Assembly: GCA_951406725.2 (NCBI GenBank)
Contig: OX597836.1
Span: 29,636,001-29,700,000, forward strand
Direction of reading: 5' to 3'
From: Octopus vulgaris
Lineage: Eukaryota
Length of the DNA: 64,000 bases
Under the pieces are notes generated by a model, which did no database searches, was not told the origin of the DNA, and saw only the letters and a list, made by a program, of their open reading frames with translations. Below are positions 26,692 through 39,190 of this stretch, piece by piece (position 1 is the stretch's first letter; the number at the start of each line of letters is the position of its first letter). A program made the position numbers and the translations under genes.

Positions 26692-27776
26692 ACAGTAATC
26701 CCTCACCATATCGCGGTTCACCTATTTTGGTTCACCTACTGCAGTTCACCTATTGCAGCTTATTATTTAAGCTGACGTTGATTCCTCTGTGGTGTTGTTT
26801 TGCAATTATAATAAAAAATATCTATATAAATTATAAAAATAATTTAAAAAATATATAGTACAGCATTGGTTCTCAAAGTGGTGGTCCGTGGACCAGCACC
26901 GGTCTGCGAGCCATCAGCTGCCGGTACATGGCAAGTTTCCTGAAAAGAAAGAGACATTGTAAAATGCCTATGTAATATTGTATTATTTGTTTACAAAATT
27001 AAATATAAGAAAAAAAATTGTCAACTTTTATTATATTCATTACTAGCCCTATGACCCAGCTACGCCGGGTCATACTGCTATTGCATGCATATACAGCTGC
27101 ATGCGTGCACCCATACACGCGAGTACTGTCCAAATCTCCGACCAATCACATGCAGCTAGCTGGCATTCAATTGGCGTATCAAGTTTCGGGCATTTTGATT
27201 GGGTTTTGGATAAAAAAATTCACAAAAAAGTCACTTCTATTGATATTAGTGACTTTTGATATACAGCTGCATGCGTGCGCACATGCACGCGAGTACTGTC
27301 CAAATCTCCGACCAATCACATACGGCTAGCTGACACTCAATTAGCGTGTCAAGTTTCGGGCATTTTGATTGGGATTTGGATAAAAAATTCACAAAAAAGT
27401 CACTTCTATTGATTTTTTGATGGCTTTGCGGGGGTGACTTGGGAAATGTAAAGAGGTGCGCGACCACCCTTGGAAGGTTTTGAATGACCATAGAAAGTGC
27501 GAGCCCTCTAACTGAAAGATTGTGGATTTGTATAAAGGTCATGCACGCAGACATTTTGCTGTTTATATATAGAGAGATATATATTGTTTCTGGTATAAAT
27601 TAATATTACTAAGAAATATTTCCAGTCCCTGGCACAGTGGAAAAAAAACTGCTGGTATGCCACATCAGATAGATTGAGAAGCACTGCAGTACAGTACTGT
27701 TCCTCCTTCGCAGATTTTCACCTATCACGGTGGGGTTTTGGAACGTAACACTCGTGATAGTTGATGAATTATTGTA
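26692..27776. mobile_element. Tigger/pogo-like MITE hosting hAT and Helitron insertions
   Basis: TA|CAGTAATCCCTCACCATATCGCG at the left and degenerate ...GTGATAGTTGATGAATTATTG|TA at the right. hAT-like end CAGCATTGGTTCTCAAAGTG at ~26861. Confidence 0.5.
27043..27577 (-). mobile_element. Non-autonomous Helitron, same family as 10359-10720, with internal ~170-bp duplication
   Basis: Reverse complement of the 10359 element. The segment ATACAGCTGCATGCG...TCTATTGAT occurs twice. Confidence 0.75.
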
Positions 27777-28589
27777 CATTCGTGCACACACATTTGCACA
27801 TATACACACATACTATTAAACTTTATACATTTATAAATACCAGTTTGAGAGTTAAAAACTGAACAGCAAACCCATTAACAGTCCTTGGAACTCAATTCAC
27901 TTGCCTGAAAAATTAATGTTTGTAATATTTTAGTGTTTCATACTTGCCATTAGTTTCTTTAATAAGATTAAATTATTACTCTTTTACTCTTTTACTTGTT
28001 TCAGTCATTTGACTGCCGCCATGCTGGAGCACCGCCTTTAGTCGAGCAAATCGACCCCGGGACTTATTCTTTGTAAGCCCAGTACTTATTCTATCGGTCT
28101 CTTTTGCCGAACTACTAAGTAACGGGGACGTAAACACACCAGCATCGGTTGTCAAGCAATGCTAGGGGGACAAACACAGACACACAAACACACACATACA
28201 TATACATATATATACATATATACGACAGGCTTCTTTCAGTTTCCATCTACCAAATCCACTCACAAGGCTTTGGTCGGCCCGAGGCTATAGTAGAAGACAC
28301 TTGCCCAAGGTGCCACGCAGTGGGACTGAACCCGGAACCATGCGGTTGGTAAACAAGCTACTTACCACACAGCCACTCCTGCGCTATGTGTTTGAAGGTT
28401 TAAAATCTGTCATGGTACTGATTCAGAAAGTGACCCATATAACCATAAAAATGCTGACATACATACAATACATATTTGTCAGTTACTTTATGATCAGGCT
28501 TATATAAAGAATACAAATAAGGTTGGAGGTGTGCTACATACTATATGTATGTGGGTGTGTGTGTGTATACATACATATATATACATATA

Positions 28590-28820
28590 AGGCGGCGAGC
28601 TGGCAGACACGTTAGCGCGCCGGGCGAAATGCTTAGCGGTATTTCGTCTGTCGTTACGTTCTGAGTTTGAATTCCGCCGAGGTCGACTTTGCCTTTCATC
28701 CTTTCGGGGTCGATAAATAAAGTACCAGTTTCGCACTGGGGTCGATGTGATCGACTTAATCCCTTTGTCTGTCCTTGTTTGTCCCCTCTATGTTTAGCCC
28801 CTTGTGGGTAGTAAAGAAAT
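28590..28820 (+). mobile_element. SINE family B (monomer representative); other copies ~252-690-, 6978-7350+, 10838-11222-, 16033-16262-, 31958-32168-, 33410-33590-, 35200-35433-, 40962-41165+, 41650-42150+, 43013-43430+
   Basis: GGCGGCGAGCTGGCAGA...GAGTTCAAATTCC (A/B boxes), conserved GCCTTTCATCCTTTCGGGGTCGATAAA..AAGTACCAG block, ends AAAGAAATA. Confidence 0.9.
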
Positions 28821-28821
28821 A

Positions 28822-28886
<65 letters not shown>

Positions 28887-28895
28887 ATATATATG

Positions 28896-28949
<54 letters not shown>

Positions 28950-28966
28950 TATACATATACATACAT

Positions 28967-28997
<31 letters not shown>

Positions 28998-29084
28998 CGC
29001 ACACATGCACTCGCACATACATACATGTATGTATGTATATGGCTTAGCTGGCTGATATATTTACCATATTTTCCAATATGCAGA

Positions 29085-29552
29085 TTGACCACAGTCTCCA
29101 GCAGCTTCACATAGCTATCTGGCCTGAGTCTTAATCCCTGTTCAAAGATGTAAGGTGACATGATGTCACTGTCACTGGAGACACACCCAAAGACCATCAC
29201 AGTTTTGGGGAACTTGGTTTTCATGATACATGGGACATCACATAGATTGTAGGCAAGCCACTTGTTGTTCTGGATGTTGTGCAACTGGTCCTGACAGAAG
29301 TCCTTTTTACTGGATCATCCCTGGATCAACAGAAGGGTTCAGAGTATTCAAGCAGTTCCCCTTGGCCTTCGCTGTCAGAATTTGTCCTTTGTACCTCTTG
29401 TATGAGCGATAATAAAATCCTCATTCAGGGCCAGCTTCATGGTGCCTATTCCAACATCCATTTCTCTCACCAAAGCCTGGATTCCCTTGCATGGATCTTC
29501 CATCACCTTGTCCTGCAGTTGTTTGATGAATTTTGGCAGTTGGATGCAATCA
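29085..29552 (-). mobile_element. Tc1/mariner maT-like transposase relic (N-terminal/middle part)
   Basis: NIQNNKWLA...DVPCIMKTKFPKTVMVFGCVSSDSDIMSPYIFEQGLRL...YVKLLETVV, preceded by a frameshifted HTH-like region. Confidence 0.8.
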
Positions 29553-30068
29553 ATAGATAGATAGGTGTTGATAAATAGATAGATAAATGTTGATAGGTTG
29601 GTAGGTAACTAGATAGATGATAGAGAGATAGATAGATAGATAGGGTGGGGAGAGAGATTATTGTATGGTATCAGAGTATGAAATTCATTGTGAAATGAAG
29701 AGAAAAAGTGAAAACTGACTTTAAATGAGAGAAAAAGTGAGGGAAAGCTATTGACAGAGAGAGAGGAAAAGAAAAGACAGAGGAAGGGAGGGAAGGAGGA
29801 GTGGGAAGAGAAGCAATAATAAAAGAATGAGTGTGTGAGAATAAAGAAGGAAAGTGAGAAGAAGGAAAAAGAAGAATTGTGAAGAAACAAAAGGAAGCAA
29901 ATAATGTAGTAAGCAAACAACAAAAGCAGAAATTTATTACTGAAACGAGGTAGAAATAATGACATTCACATAACTTTTGATTATGGGACATTATATATAT
30001 ATACATATGGTGTGGGTGTATACTTATGTAGCCATGCATGTATATAAATAAAATCATGTGTATATATA

Positions 30069-30265
30069 TGGCACGTAAAATGCACCAATCCGACCGTGGC
30101 CGTTGCCAGCCTCGCCTGGCACGTAAAATGCACCAATCCGACCGTGGCCGTTGCCAGCCTCGCCTGGCACGTAAAATGCACCAATCCGACCATGGCCGTT
30201 GCCAGCCTCGCCTGGCATGTAAAATGCACCAATCCGACCATGGCCGTTGCCAGCCTCGCCTGGCA
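30069..30265 (+). repeat. 48-bp minisatellite x4 inside a family D element
   Basis: TGGCACGTAAAATGCACCAATCCGACCGTGGCCGTTGCCAGCCTCGCC repeated. Confidence 0.95.
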
Positions 30266-32224
30266 CCTGTGCAGGTGGCACGTAAAAAGCACCCACTACA
30301 CTCACGGAGTGGTTAGCGTTAGGAAGGGCATCCAGCTGTAGAAACATTGCCAGATAAGACTGGAGCCTGGTGCAGCCTTCTAGCTTCCCAGATCCCCGGT
30401 CGAACCGTCCAACCCATGCTAGCATGGAGAACGGACGTTAAACGATGATGATGATGATGATGATGTATGTGTGTGGTTATACACATACACACACATAAAT
30501 ACATAAGTATATACATATATATATACAGGCATATACATACACATACATATATATGTAAACACATTTTGGAGGTGTACTTGTTTGACAAGTAAATTGATCA
30601 TATATGTGTGTGAGCGTGGGTGTGTGTTGTGTGCGCACATGCAAATGAGATAGATACGAACATTACAAAACACGTCTTAATTCATCTAATTGAAGTTTTT
30701 ATCCCCCTGAATGCTCTGCAACAAATTCAAAATTAGTCGGGACAGAGACCACTCTCTCTCCCTCTCACTCCTTCACGCTCTCAGTAAACTGTTGAATAAT
30801 AAATATGAAACTCTACATTCATACTACAGTAATCAACTTAGACTGAACAAGTTTTTGCAAAGACTATATATAATTTAAATATAGGCGCATTAGTGGCTGT
30901 GTGGTAAGTGGCTTGCTAACCAACCACATGGTTCCGGGTTCAGTCCCACCGCGTGGCATCTTGGGCAAGTGTCTTCTGCTATAGTCCCAGGCCGACCAAT
31001 GCCTTGTGAGTGGATTTGGTAGACGGAAACTGAAAGAAGCCTGTCGTATATATGTATATATATATGTATGTGTTTGTGTGTCTGTGTTTGTCTCCCTAGC
31101 ATTGCTTGACAACCAATGCTGGTGTGTTTACATCCCCGTCACTTAGCGGTTCGGCAAAAGAGACTGATAGAATAAGTACTGGGCTTACAAAGAATAAGTC
31201 CAGGGTTCGATTTGCTCGACTAAAGGCGGTGCTCCAGCATGGCCGCAGTCAAATGACTGAAACAAGTAAAAGAGTAAAAGAGTATAGCATAAAATCTTTA
31301 TAAGAGTTTATCAAGTAGTTAGCGTAAAAAATCCTCATAAAGGAAAAATTTATTAATTATTCCCTATAAATATATTTATTTGCAGCTGATAAAAAGAGTA
31401 ACCAAATCTCCCTCAAGTCATACCCAGTCTTTTTGAAAAAGAACACATTAGATAATAAACTCCTTGATATATCATGTCTAAGAAAACAAAAAGGTAGAAG
31501 CAAAACCCTTGATCATATGGCTTGCTCAGTGAAAGAGCTCAGTAAATCATTTTTGTTTCTTACAAACGTAAATCTTCAACAAAACTATTTATCACTTCTG
31601 TATTCATTGAAGACATCATGATCACCATTCTTAGTCTTTACAGTAATGCTGTCAATATAACTCATGGAAAGATACATTAAAATCACAGTCAGCATTTCAA
31701 TGGTTATCTTTGTTTTATGTGTATACATTGCTGTCAATAAAGTTGACATTTAAGTGGGATTTTTTTTTTTTTTTGCTTTTTCGCCAATGCCATAGTTATT
31801 TGACAAGTAAACAGTTATTTGACAATGAAAAATAGTTTTCTTACAGAAAACTATAATTTGTTTTTTTCTCAGTGATGTACCTGCCAGGGAAATGATTTCA
31901 TTTGAGATCAAGTGTTGAAACTAAAATGGTTGCAGTATGGAAGAAGCATGTTGATTTCAAATTTTGACACAAGGCCAGCAATTTTGGTGGGGAAGTGGGT
32001 ATATTGAATACATTGACCCTAGTGTCTTACTGGTACTTATTTTATTGACCTCAAATGGATAAATGGTAAAGTTGACCTTGGTGGAATTTGAACTCAGAAT
32101 GTAAAGACATGAAATGCTGTTAGGCATTTTGCCTGGTGTGCTAATGATTCTGCCAGCTCACTGCCTTATGGAAGATGCATATCAGCCACTCAAAAAACAC
32201 ACAAAGACAGTTAACTTCACTTAA

Positions 32225-32433
32225 CCTTTCATTACTGTATTTATTTTGAGATGCTCTGTGTTTCTTTCAGTTACTTTAAATATAACAAAGAATTTAGTAT
32301 AATAACTTAGCTATCATTAAGCTTGTATTAGGAACATAAATTGTGACTAAGGTTTGGTGGAAGATTTTAATTCAAAACTTATGAAAACAAGACATTTGTA
32401 CTCAGAGCTAGAGCCGGGTTGGTAACAAAAAGG
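32225..32433. mobile_element. piggyBac-like MITE
   Basis: TTAA|CCTTTCATTAC...GTAACAAAAAGG|TTAA; near-identical copy at 53548-53768. Confidence 0.7.
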
Positions 32434-32762
32434 TTAAACAGTTATTATTTGGTGTGAAAAGTTTCATTGTATGAACTACAACCTGGTCACTGACAGTTCC
32501 ACTGCAACAGAATCATATCAGTGACCAGGGACAATGAAAATTTGTACACCAAATAATATATGCTTAAATGAAGTTAACAGCCTTTATGTGGGTAATGTGC
32601 ATCTTCTATGTGGCAATTATTAATTTTTTTTCTGTTTGTTCCCTTCTTTTAATAGTTTAGATTAGTGTTTCTCAACCATATTTTACCTATGGACCCCTAA
32701 TTCCTATTTTACTCAGATGGACCCTCATAGCCATTCAATGTTTAAGATAGATAGATAGATAT

Positions 32763-32997
32763 TTATAAGCTTAAAGCTTATGGTGATCACTGTGTAATGA
32801 CTAAGGAAAATAGTCTAATAAAGTGGCATATAAGCCCTCAACAGCAAAAAGAAGGCTTTCCTATCCACGTGGAAGTCGAACCCACATCCCAAGAAGGGAT
32901 GTGGGTTTGACTTCCATGTGCCTTTATTAATATGCCCGTTTATTAGACTATTTTCCTCAGTCATTGCATGGTGATCGCCATAAGCTTGAAGCTTATA
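32763..32997. repeat. Fold-back palindrome with nested hairpin
   Basis: Outer arms ATAAGCTTAAAGCTTATGG...GGCATAT; inner stem CACGTGGAAGTCGAACCCACATCCC-aagaa-GGGATGTGGGTTTGACTTCCATGTG. Confidence 0.85.
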
Positions 32998-35085
32998 TAA
33001 AAATACCATTATTATTATTTACAGGATAATCATACACACACATACACACACAATAGGCTTCCTTCTTTTTTCCCTCTGCTAAATCCACTCACAAGGCTTT
33101 GGACAGCCTGGGGCTATAGTCGAAGGTACTTGCCCAAGTTACCATGCAGTGAAACTGAATCCAAAACTATATGGTTTGGAAGTAAGCTTCTTAACCACAC
33201 AGCCATACCTGTGCCACATCTGCACCCATTATATTTTTATAAACTGAAAAACAAAAGATAAACAGGAACACAATGGGTGCAAGAAATGTGGTTAGGCAGT
33301 TCACCCCACATGTCTAACCATGGGGAAATATTGCCTTATTTGGAAACAAGTTAGGGTTTGGCGACATGAGGAGCATCCAGCCTTAGAAAATGTGCTTCAA
33401 TAAACTATTTTAGGGCAAGAGGTTAAATTGATTACATTAATCCTCAGTACATGACTGGTAATTTATTTTATTGACCCAGAAAGGATGAAAGACAATGCGG
33501 ACCCTGGCGGAATTTGAACTTGGAATGTAAAGCTTGATGAAATGCCACTAAGCATTTTGTCCAACATGCTAGCAATTCTGTCAGCTTACCTTTGTATGTG
33601 TGTGTGTGTGTGTGTATTTGTGTGTATGTTTGTGTCTGTCCCTGCCATCACCACCACCACTTGACAACTGGTGTTGGTCTGTTTACATCCTTATAACTTA
33701 GCAGTTTGGCACAAAGAGTCTGATAGAATAAGTACCAAGCTTTAAAAAAAAAGAAAAAAATCATAAGTACTGGAATCGATCTATTTGACTAAAACCCTTG
33801 AAAGGCAGTGCTCCAGCATGGTCACAGTTCAGTGACTGAAATAAGTGAAAAATTAAAAAATATTAAAGCTCATGACAGTTTCAAATCACTTCTCTGGCGG
33901 TCGCTCATATCTGGGACGACAAGCCTATCCTAGAAGATCCAAAATGCATCATGAGAGAAAGACGATCTACTTTAGTAATAATGAGAATTCATAGACCTGG
34001 GGCTAAACAATTATGAATTAATTATCAGTTCTCAAGTGCCTCTTACCTTCAAGAAGACATTATATTTCATATCTAATTAGTTAATTTAGCTCTGATAACG
34101 GATAGACATCTGCTTGAGTTAAAAATAAGATCAGGAAAGAAATGCAGAAAGACTTGACAAAGATAATAATCATTTTTTTCTTTTATCTTTATATTTGTTT
34201 GAACCATTGAAGTGTGGCCGAGCTGGGGCACCGCCTTCAAGTGTTTTAGTCAAGTGAATCAACCCCAGCACTTATTTTTTTAAGTCTGGTATTTGTCCTA
34301 ATAGTCTCTTTTACTGAACCGATCAGTTACGGGGATGTAAACAAACTAACAATGGTTGTTAAGTGGGGCTGGGGACAGACACAAACAGAAACAAAAGACA
34401 CTCGCATACATATATATACACACACACATCATCATCATCTTCATCATTATCATTGTTTAATGTCTGACTTTCATGCATGCATAGGTAGGACAGTTGACAG
34501 GAGCTGGTCAGGTAGAAGACTACCCCAGGCTACTGTGTCTGTTTTGGCAGGGTTTTTATGGCTGGATCCCCTTCCTAACACCAACCACTCTACAGAATGA
34601 ACTCAGTGCTTTTTACATGGCACTAGCACAGGTGAGGACAGTTTTGGCTTGATTTTTACACAAACACACACACATGCATATATATATATATATAATATGT
34701 GGAGGCGCAATGGCCCAGTGGTAAGGGCAGCAGAATTCACGGTCGTAGGATCACAGTTTTGATTCCCAGACTAGGCATTGTGAGTGTTTATTGAGCGAAA
34801 ACACCTAAAGCTCCACGAGGCTTCGGCAGGGGGTGGTGGTGAACCCTGCTGTACTCTTTCACCACAACTTTCTCTCTTTCTTCCTGTTTCTGTTGTACCT
34901 GTATTTCAAAGGGCCAGCCTTGTCACACTCTGTGTCACGCTGAATCTCTCTGAGAGCTACATTAAGGGTACATGTATCTGTGGAGTGATCAGCCACTTGC
35001 ATGTTAATTTCATGAGCAGGCTGTTCTGTAGATCAGATCAACTGGAACCCTTGTCGTCGCAACCGACTGAGTGCCATGATATATA

Positions 35086-35171
<86 letters not shown>

Positions 35172-35591
35172 TACATACAAAACAGGCTTTTTTCAGTTTC
35201 TTATTTCTTTACTGCCCACAAGGGGCTACACACAGAGGGGACAAACAAGGACAGACAAAGGGATTAAATCAATTATATTGACCCCAGTGCGTAACTGGTA
35301 CTTATTTAATTAACCCCGAAAGGATGAAAGGCAAAGTCAACCTCGGCGGAATTTGAACTCAGAATGTAACGGCAGACGAAATATCGCTAAGCATTTCGCT
35401 CGGTGTGCTAAAGTTTCTTCCAGCTCGCCACCTTTTTTGGTGCCATGCAATGAGACTGAACCCAAAACCATGTGGTTGGGAAACAAACTTCTTACCATAC
35501 ACCCATGCTTTGCACCTATTCCATACAGGGACCTACATCCAGATATTTAATTCCTACAAACTATAAAAGTATTTTATAAAACAAAATCTAC

Positions 35592-35689
35592 CCTGTTTTC
35601 ATATAACCTCTTAATAATTGTTGTAATATAGGTAAGCTGAAGAATCTGTTGAGTAAATTCTTTGCTCAGTTGGATGCACTTTCTATATT
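35592..35689 (-). CDS. Candidate exon of an unidentified minus-strand gene
   Basis: Long T-tract + AAG acceptor; open frame YRKCIQLSKEFTQQILQLTYITTIIKRLYENR; GTAGAT donor. Phase does not match the preceding candidate. Confidence 0.25.
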
Positions 35690-35878
35690 CTTTAAAAGAA
35701 TAAAAATAAAAACAAAAAACAATATGAAAGAAAACAGGAAATGATATAAATACATATTTCATGATAGAAATAGTTGTGTGAAAGTAAAAATTTTCACCCA
35801 CGAATTCTCTACTCAAGTTTAACATACTCCGGAAGACAAACTGTTACCATACCTGCATTTAGAATAGACTTACCTTAC

Positions 35879-35963
35879 CTGTTCTGTTATGTCTTTGAAG
35901 ATGTGCCAATTATTGGCAGCTATACAGACAAAAGCCATGCCAGCCTGTATGGTAAGACAAACT
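35879..35963 (-). CDS. Candidate exon of an unidentified minus-strand gene
   Basis: Pyrimidine tract + TTTTAG acceptor, CAG|GTAAG donor, single open frame VCLTIQAGMAFVCIAANNWHIFKDITEQ. No homologue recognised. Confidence 0.35.
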
Positions 35964-36181
35964 CTAAAATAGTATAAGATAAATGTGAATGGAAAAAAGT
36001 TTTTTTTTCAATATCATCAGGTGCAGGCATGGCTATGTGGTAAGAAGCACGCTTCCCAACCACATGGTTCTGGGTTCAATCCCACTGCGTGGGACCTTGG
36101 GCAAGTGTCTTCTAGTATAGATTCAGGCTGACTAAAGCCCTCTGAGTCGATTTGGTAGATGGAAATTGAAAGAAGCTTGTC

Positions 36182-36224
<43 letters not shown>

Positions 36225-36689
36225 TGCAGGCATGACTGTGTGGTAAGAAGCACGCTTCCCAACCACATGGTTCTGGGTTCAATCCCGCTGTGTGGAACCT
36301 TGGGTAAGTGTCTTCTACTCTATCCTTAGGCCGACCAAAGCCTTGTGAGTGAATTTGGTAGATGGAAACTGAAAGAAGCCTGTCATATATATATGTATGT
36401 ATTTATGTGTGTGTGTGTGTTTTTGTCTACCCACCGTCACTTGACAACTGATGTTGGTATGTTTACATCCTTGTAACTTAGCAGTTCAACAAAACAGACC
36501 AATAGAATGAGTGATAGACTTACAAAGAATAAGTCCTAAGGTTGACTTCTTTGACTAAAAGCCTTTTATGATGGTTTTCCTACAATCTGATTCTTATAAT
36601 AAACAATCACGTCATTGAAATCTCAGAGCTACAGGATAATGCATGATTAATTCAAAACATTGTGAATAAATAAGCATTATATTTGACAG

Positions 36690-37325
36690 GACCTTTGGAA
36701 ATATGCTGTGCTTGAGAAGACTCGGCAAGCCAAGTGAGACCATAACCTCGTGGCCTATGCTAGGAGTGTAACCAGCCCACTTATGTGTACCTTTCCTTCA
36801 TTGGACACTAAACTCTGCTTGCGAAGACCTGTTCAGGCAAGTGAAATCGAAATCAAATTCGATGACTGGCATCCGTGCTAGTGGAGCGCTAAGAGTACCA
36901 TCTGAGCATGATTGTTGCCTGAGCAACAAACTGCCTTCAGTACCGGTGGCATGTAAAAAGCACCATTCGAGCATGATCGTTACCTGCGTCTCCTTACTGG
37001 AACTTGTGCTGGTGGCACATGAAAAAACATTCGAGCAAGGTCGTTGCCAGTGCCGCTGGACTGGCTCCTGTGCAGGTGGCACATAAAAAGCACCATTTGA
37101 GCGTGACCATTGCCAGTACCGCTTGACTGGCCCTCATGCCGATGGCACGTAAAAGCACCCTCTACACTCTCGGAGTGGTTGGCGTTAGGAAGGGCATCCA
37201 GCTGTAGAAACTCTGCCAGATCAGATTGGAGCCTTGTGCAGCCATCTGGTTCGCCAGACCTCAGTCAAATCATCCAACCCATGCTAGCATGGAAAGCAGA
37301 CGTTAAACGATGATGATGATGATGT
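36690..37325 (+). mobile_element. LINE 3' end/UTR with (GAT)n tail (family D, probably RTE-like); other copies ~12605-12780+, 17339-17780-, 23545-23946+, 30069-30465+, 39955-40400-, 53958-54530-, 55647-55742-, 59790-60165+
   Basis: The longest copy starts with ORF end DLWKYAVLEKTRQAK*. All copies share GGTTGGCGTTAGGAAGGGCATCCAGCTGTAGAAAC...GACGTTAAAC(GAT)n and are variably 5'-truncated. Confidence 0.65.
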
Positions 37326-37873
37326 TAAGGGGTTAAGCTGACACTAGCTCACAGGGACACCTTAATGTTTAGTAATTTACAGCGCAGGTGGAAATCGTTT
37401 TAATTATCCACTGAATGGCATAATAAATCAGTAATGATCGTTTACATTATAGAATTAACGATTTTAGTATAGCAAAGTTTCAATTACACAAAGATATAAA
37501 ATATTTAGCATGTCACACAATCCTTTTATTCTTTTGCTACTTTTAATCACTGAACTGGGGTCATGCTGGAGCACTACCATCAGGAGTTTTAGTTCATCAT
37601 ATTAACTTAGGTTCTAATTACCAATTAATCGAAATATTGTATTTCCCAGCATACAAGTCAACAAGTGTATAGTGTTATCATGCAGTGCAAACATTCAAAT
37701 ATCACCAAAGTTTACAGGGATTTTTAGTCTTCCAAAGTCAACTTACCTTTTTTGGTTGTAAATTTTGGTCTGAAAAATTCAACTTGTATGCGGGAAAATA
37801 TGATACCTTCTTTGACACAATATTTAATATTATTCACATTTGACAGATATTTGTCCTCATCTTGTTTGTTGTT

Positions 37874-37919
37874 AACACAATGTTTTGCCTGATATATCCT
37901 CCAGCCTTCATCGGGTGTC
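37874..37919 (-). ncRNA. Degenerate minimal hammerhead motif
   Basis: Minus strand: GACAC-CCGATGA-A-GGCTG..CAGGC-AAAA-CA-TT-GTGTT; inferred ancestor CTGATGA...CAGCC GAAA CG TT. Stem I GACAC/GTGTT. Confidence 0.45.
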
Positions 37920-38308
37920 TTGGGGAAATTTCGAAACTGGGCTCTCATTCCTAAGGTATTTTTCGATGTTATCATTACTATTATTATTATTATTATTTTT
38001 TTTTTTTTTTTTTTTTTTTTGGCTGCCTAACTTAAGAATAGAAAGCATAACTTAGATTTCACTCCAACATTTTTTCCTTTGTCTAATGTATACCACATCA
38101 GAATTTATGAGATCAGCAGTCATTTTTTTTTCATGTTATTTCCATAGGTCACCTGGTGTTGAAACATAGATAATTCATTTTTCCTGATCCAGACATTAAG
38201 TCAGTTTGCACAATATAAATAGAACTAAGACACTGAACCGGCAGAAATGTTAGCACGCCGGGCAAAATGCTTAGCAGTATTTCACCTGTTTTTATGTTCT
38301 GAGTTCAA

Positions 38309-38350
<42 letters not shown>

Positions 38351-38546
38351 ATCACTGCCTGGAATTGAACTCGGAATTGTGGGGTTAGTAGACCATGTTC
38401 TTAACCACTACGCCCATGGGCATATGATGTATTGGTTAAGAGCACGGGCTAATAACCCCAAGATTCTGAGTTTGATCACAGGCAGTGACCTGAATAATTA
38501 TAACAATAATAATAATAATAATAATAACAATAACAATAACAATGAC

Positions 38547-38578
<32 letters not shown>

Positions 38579-38612
38579 TAACAATAACAATAACAATAAT
38601 AATAATAATAAT
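38309..38612. repeat. Head-to-head inverted pair of tRNA-like heads, each followed by (AAT)n
   Basis: Arm consensus GGCGTAGTGGTTAAGAGC.CGGGCTACTAACCCCAAGATTCCGAGTTC.ATTCCAGGCAGTGA.CTG(AAT)n; centre CCCATGGG at ~38413-38420. Confidence 0.8.
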
Positions 38613-38624
38613 TTCTGATCTTAA

Positions 38625-39190
38625 CTGATTGGAAGTGTTATCATGTACAGTGTTTTGTCTTGGTATAAAAGATGGGCTACAGCAAATATTCTGCTCAATA
38701 CCACAGATTTGCTTGTCAGTTGTTTGACCTTAACCAGTTGAGCATGTCCCTTAGTGGCTGACGATATGTGCATCTCTGATCACGAGCAGAAGTAGTGGGG
38801 GAGCATCATAGCCATGTGTTGAGAGGGATTCTTTGGGGTTTGAATAGTTCACCTCTGGAAACATGGGTGGTTCTTTCAACATCCTTAAACAACCCTTATT
38901 CAGGGACCGTTTGAGCGGGATGGGCTACTCGACCTGAAGAAAATTCTAACTGGGCCCCACCTGCAAGGTCATGTGCTGTTTATCTTGATATGAGATCACC
39001 ATGTCGCGCACATATGGTTGTGATGCATGTGCCTGGTGTACCTTTATCAGACGGGTAGTCATGATGGGTATATTGGGCTTCGTATATTTTACCCCAGTGT
39101 CACTTTGATGGCATGAACTGCTCTCTCACTCAATAATAATAATAATAATAATAACAACAACAACAACAGCAACAACAAAAATAATAATAA
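38625..39190 (+). mobile_element. Probable retroelement 3' end with (AAT)n tail
   Basis: ~500-bp GC-richer block ending ...CTCTCTCACTC(AAT)n, bracketed by AAT arrays. Single copy in this window; family unassigned. Confidence 0.4.

Noticed and set aside
30069-30265. CRISPR-like array
   Set aside because: Units are contiguous with no unique spacers; eukaryotic context; no cas genes.
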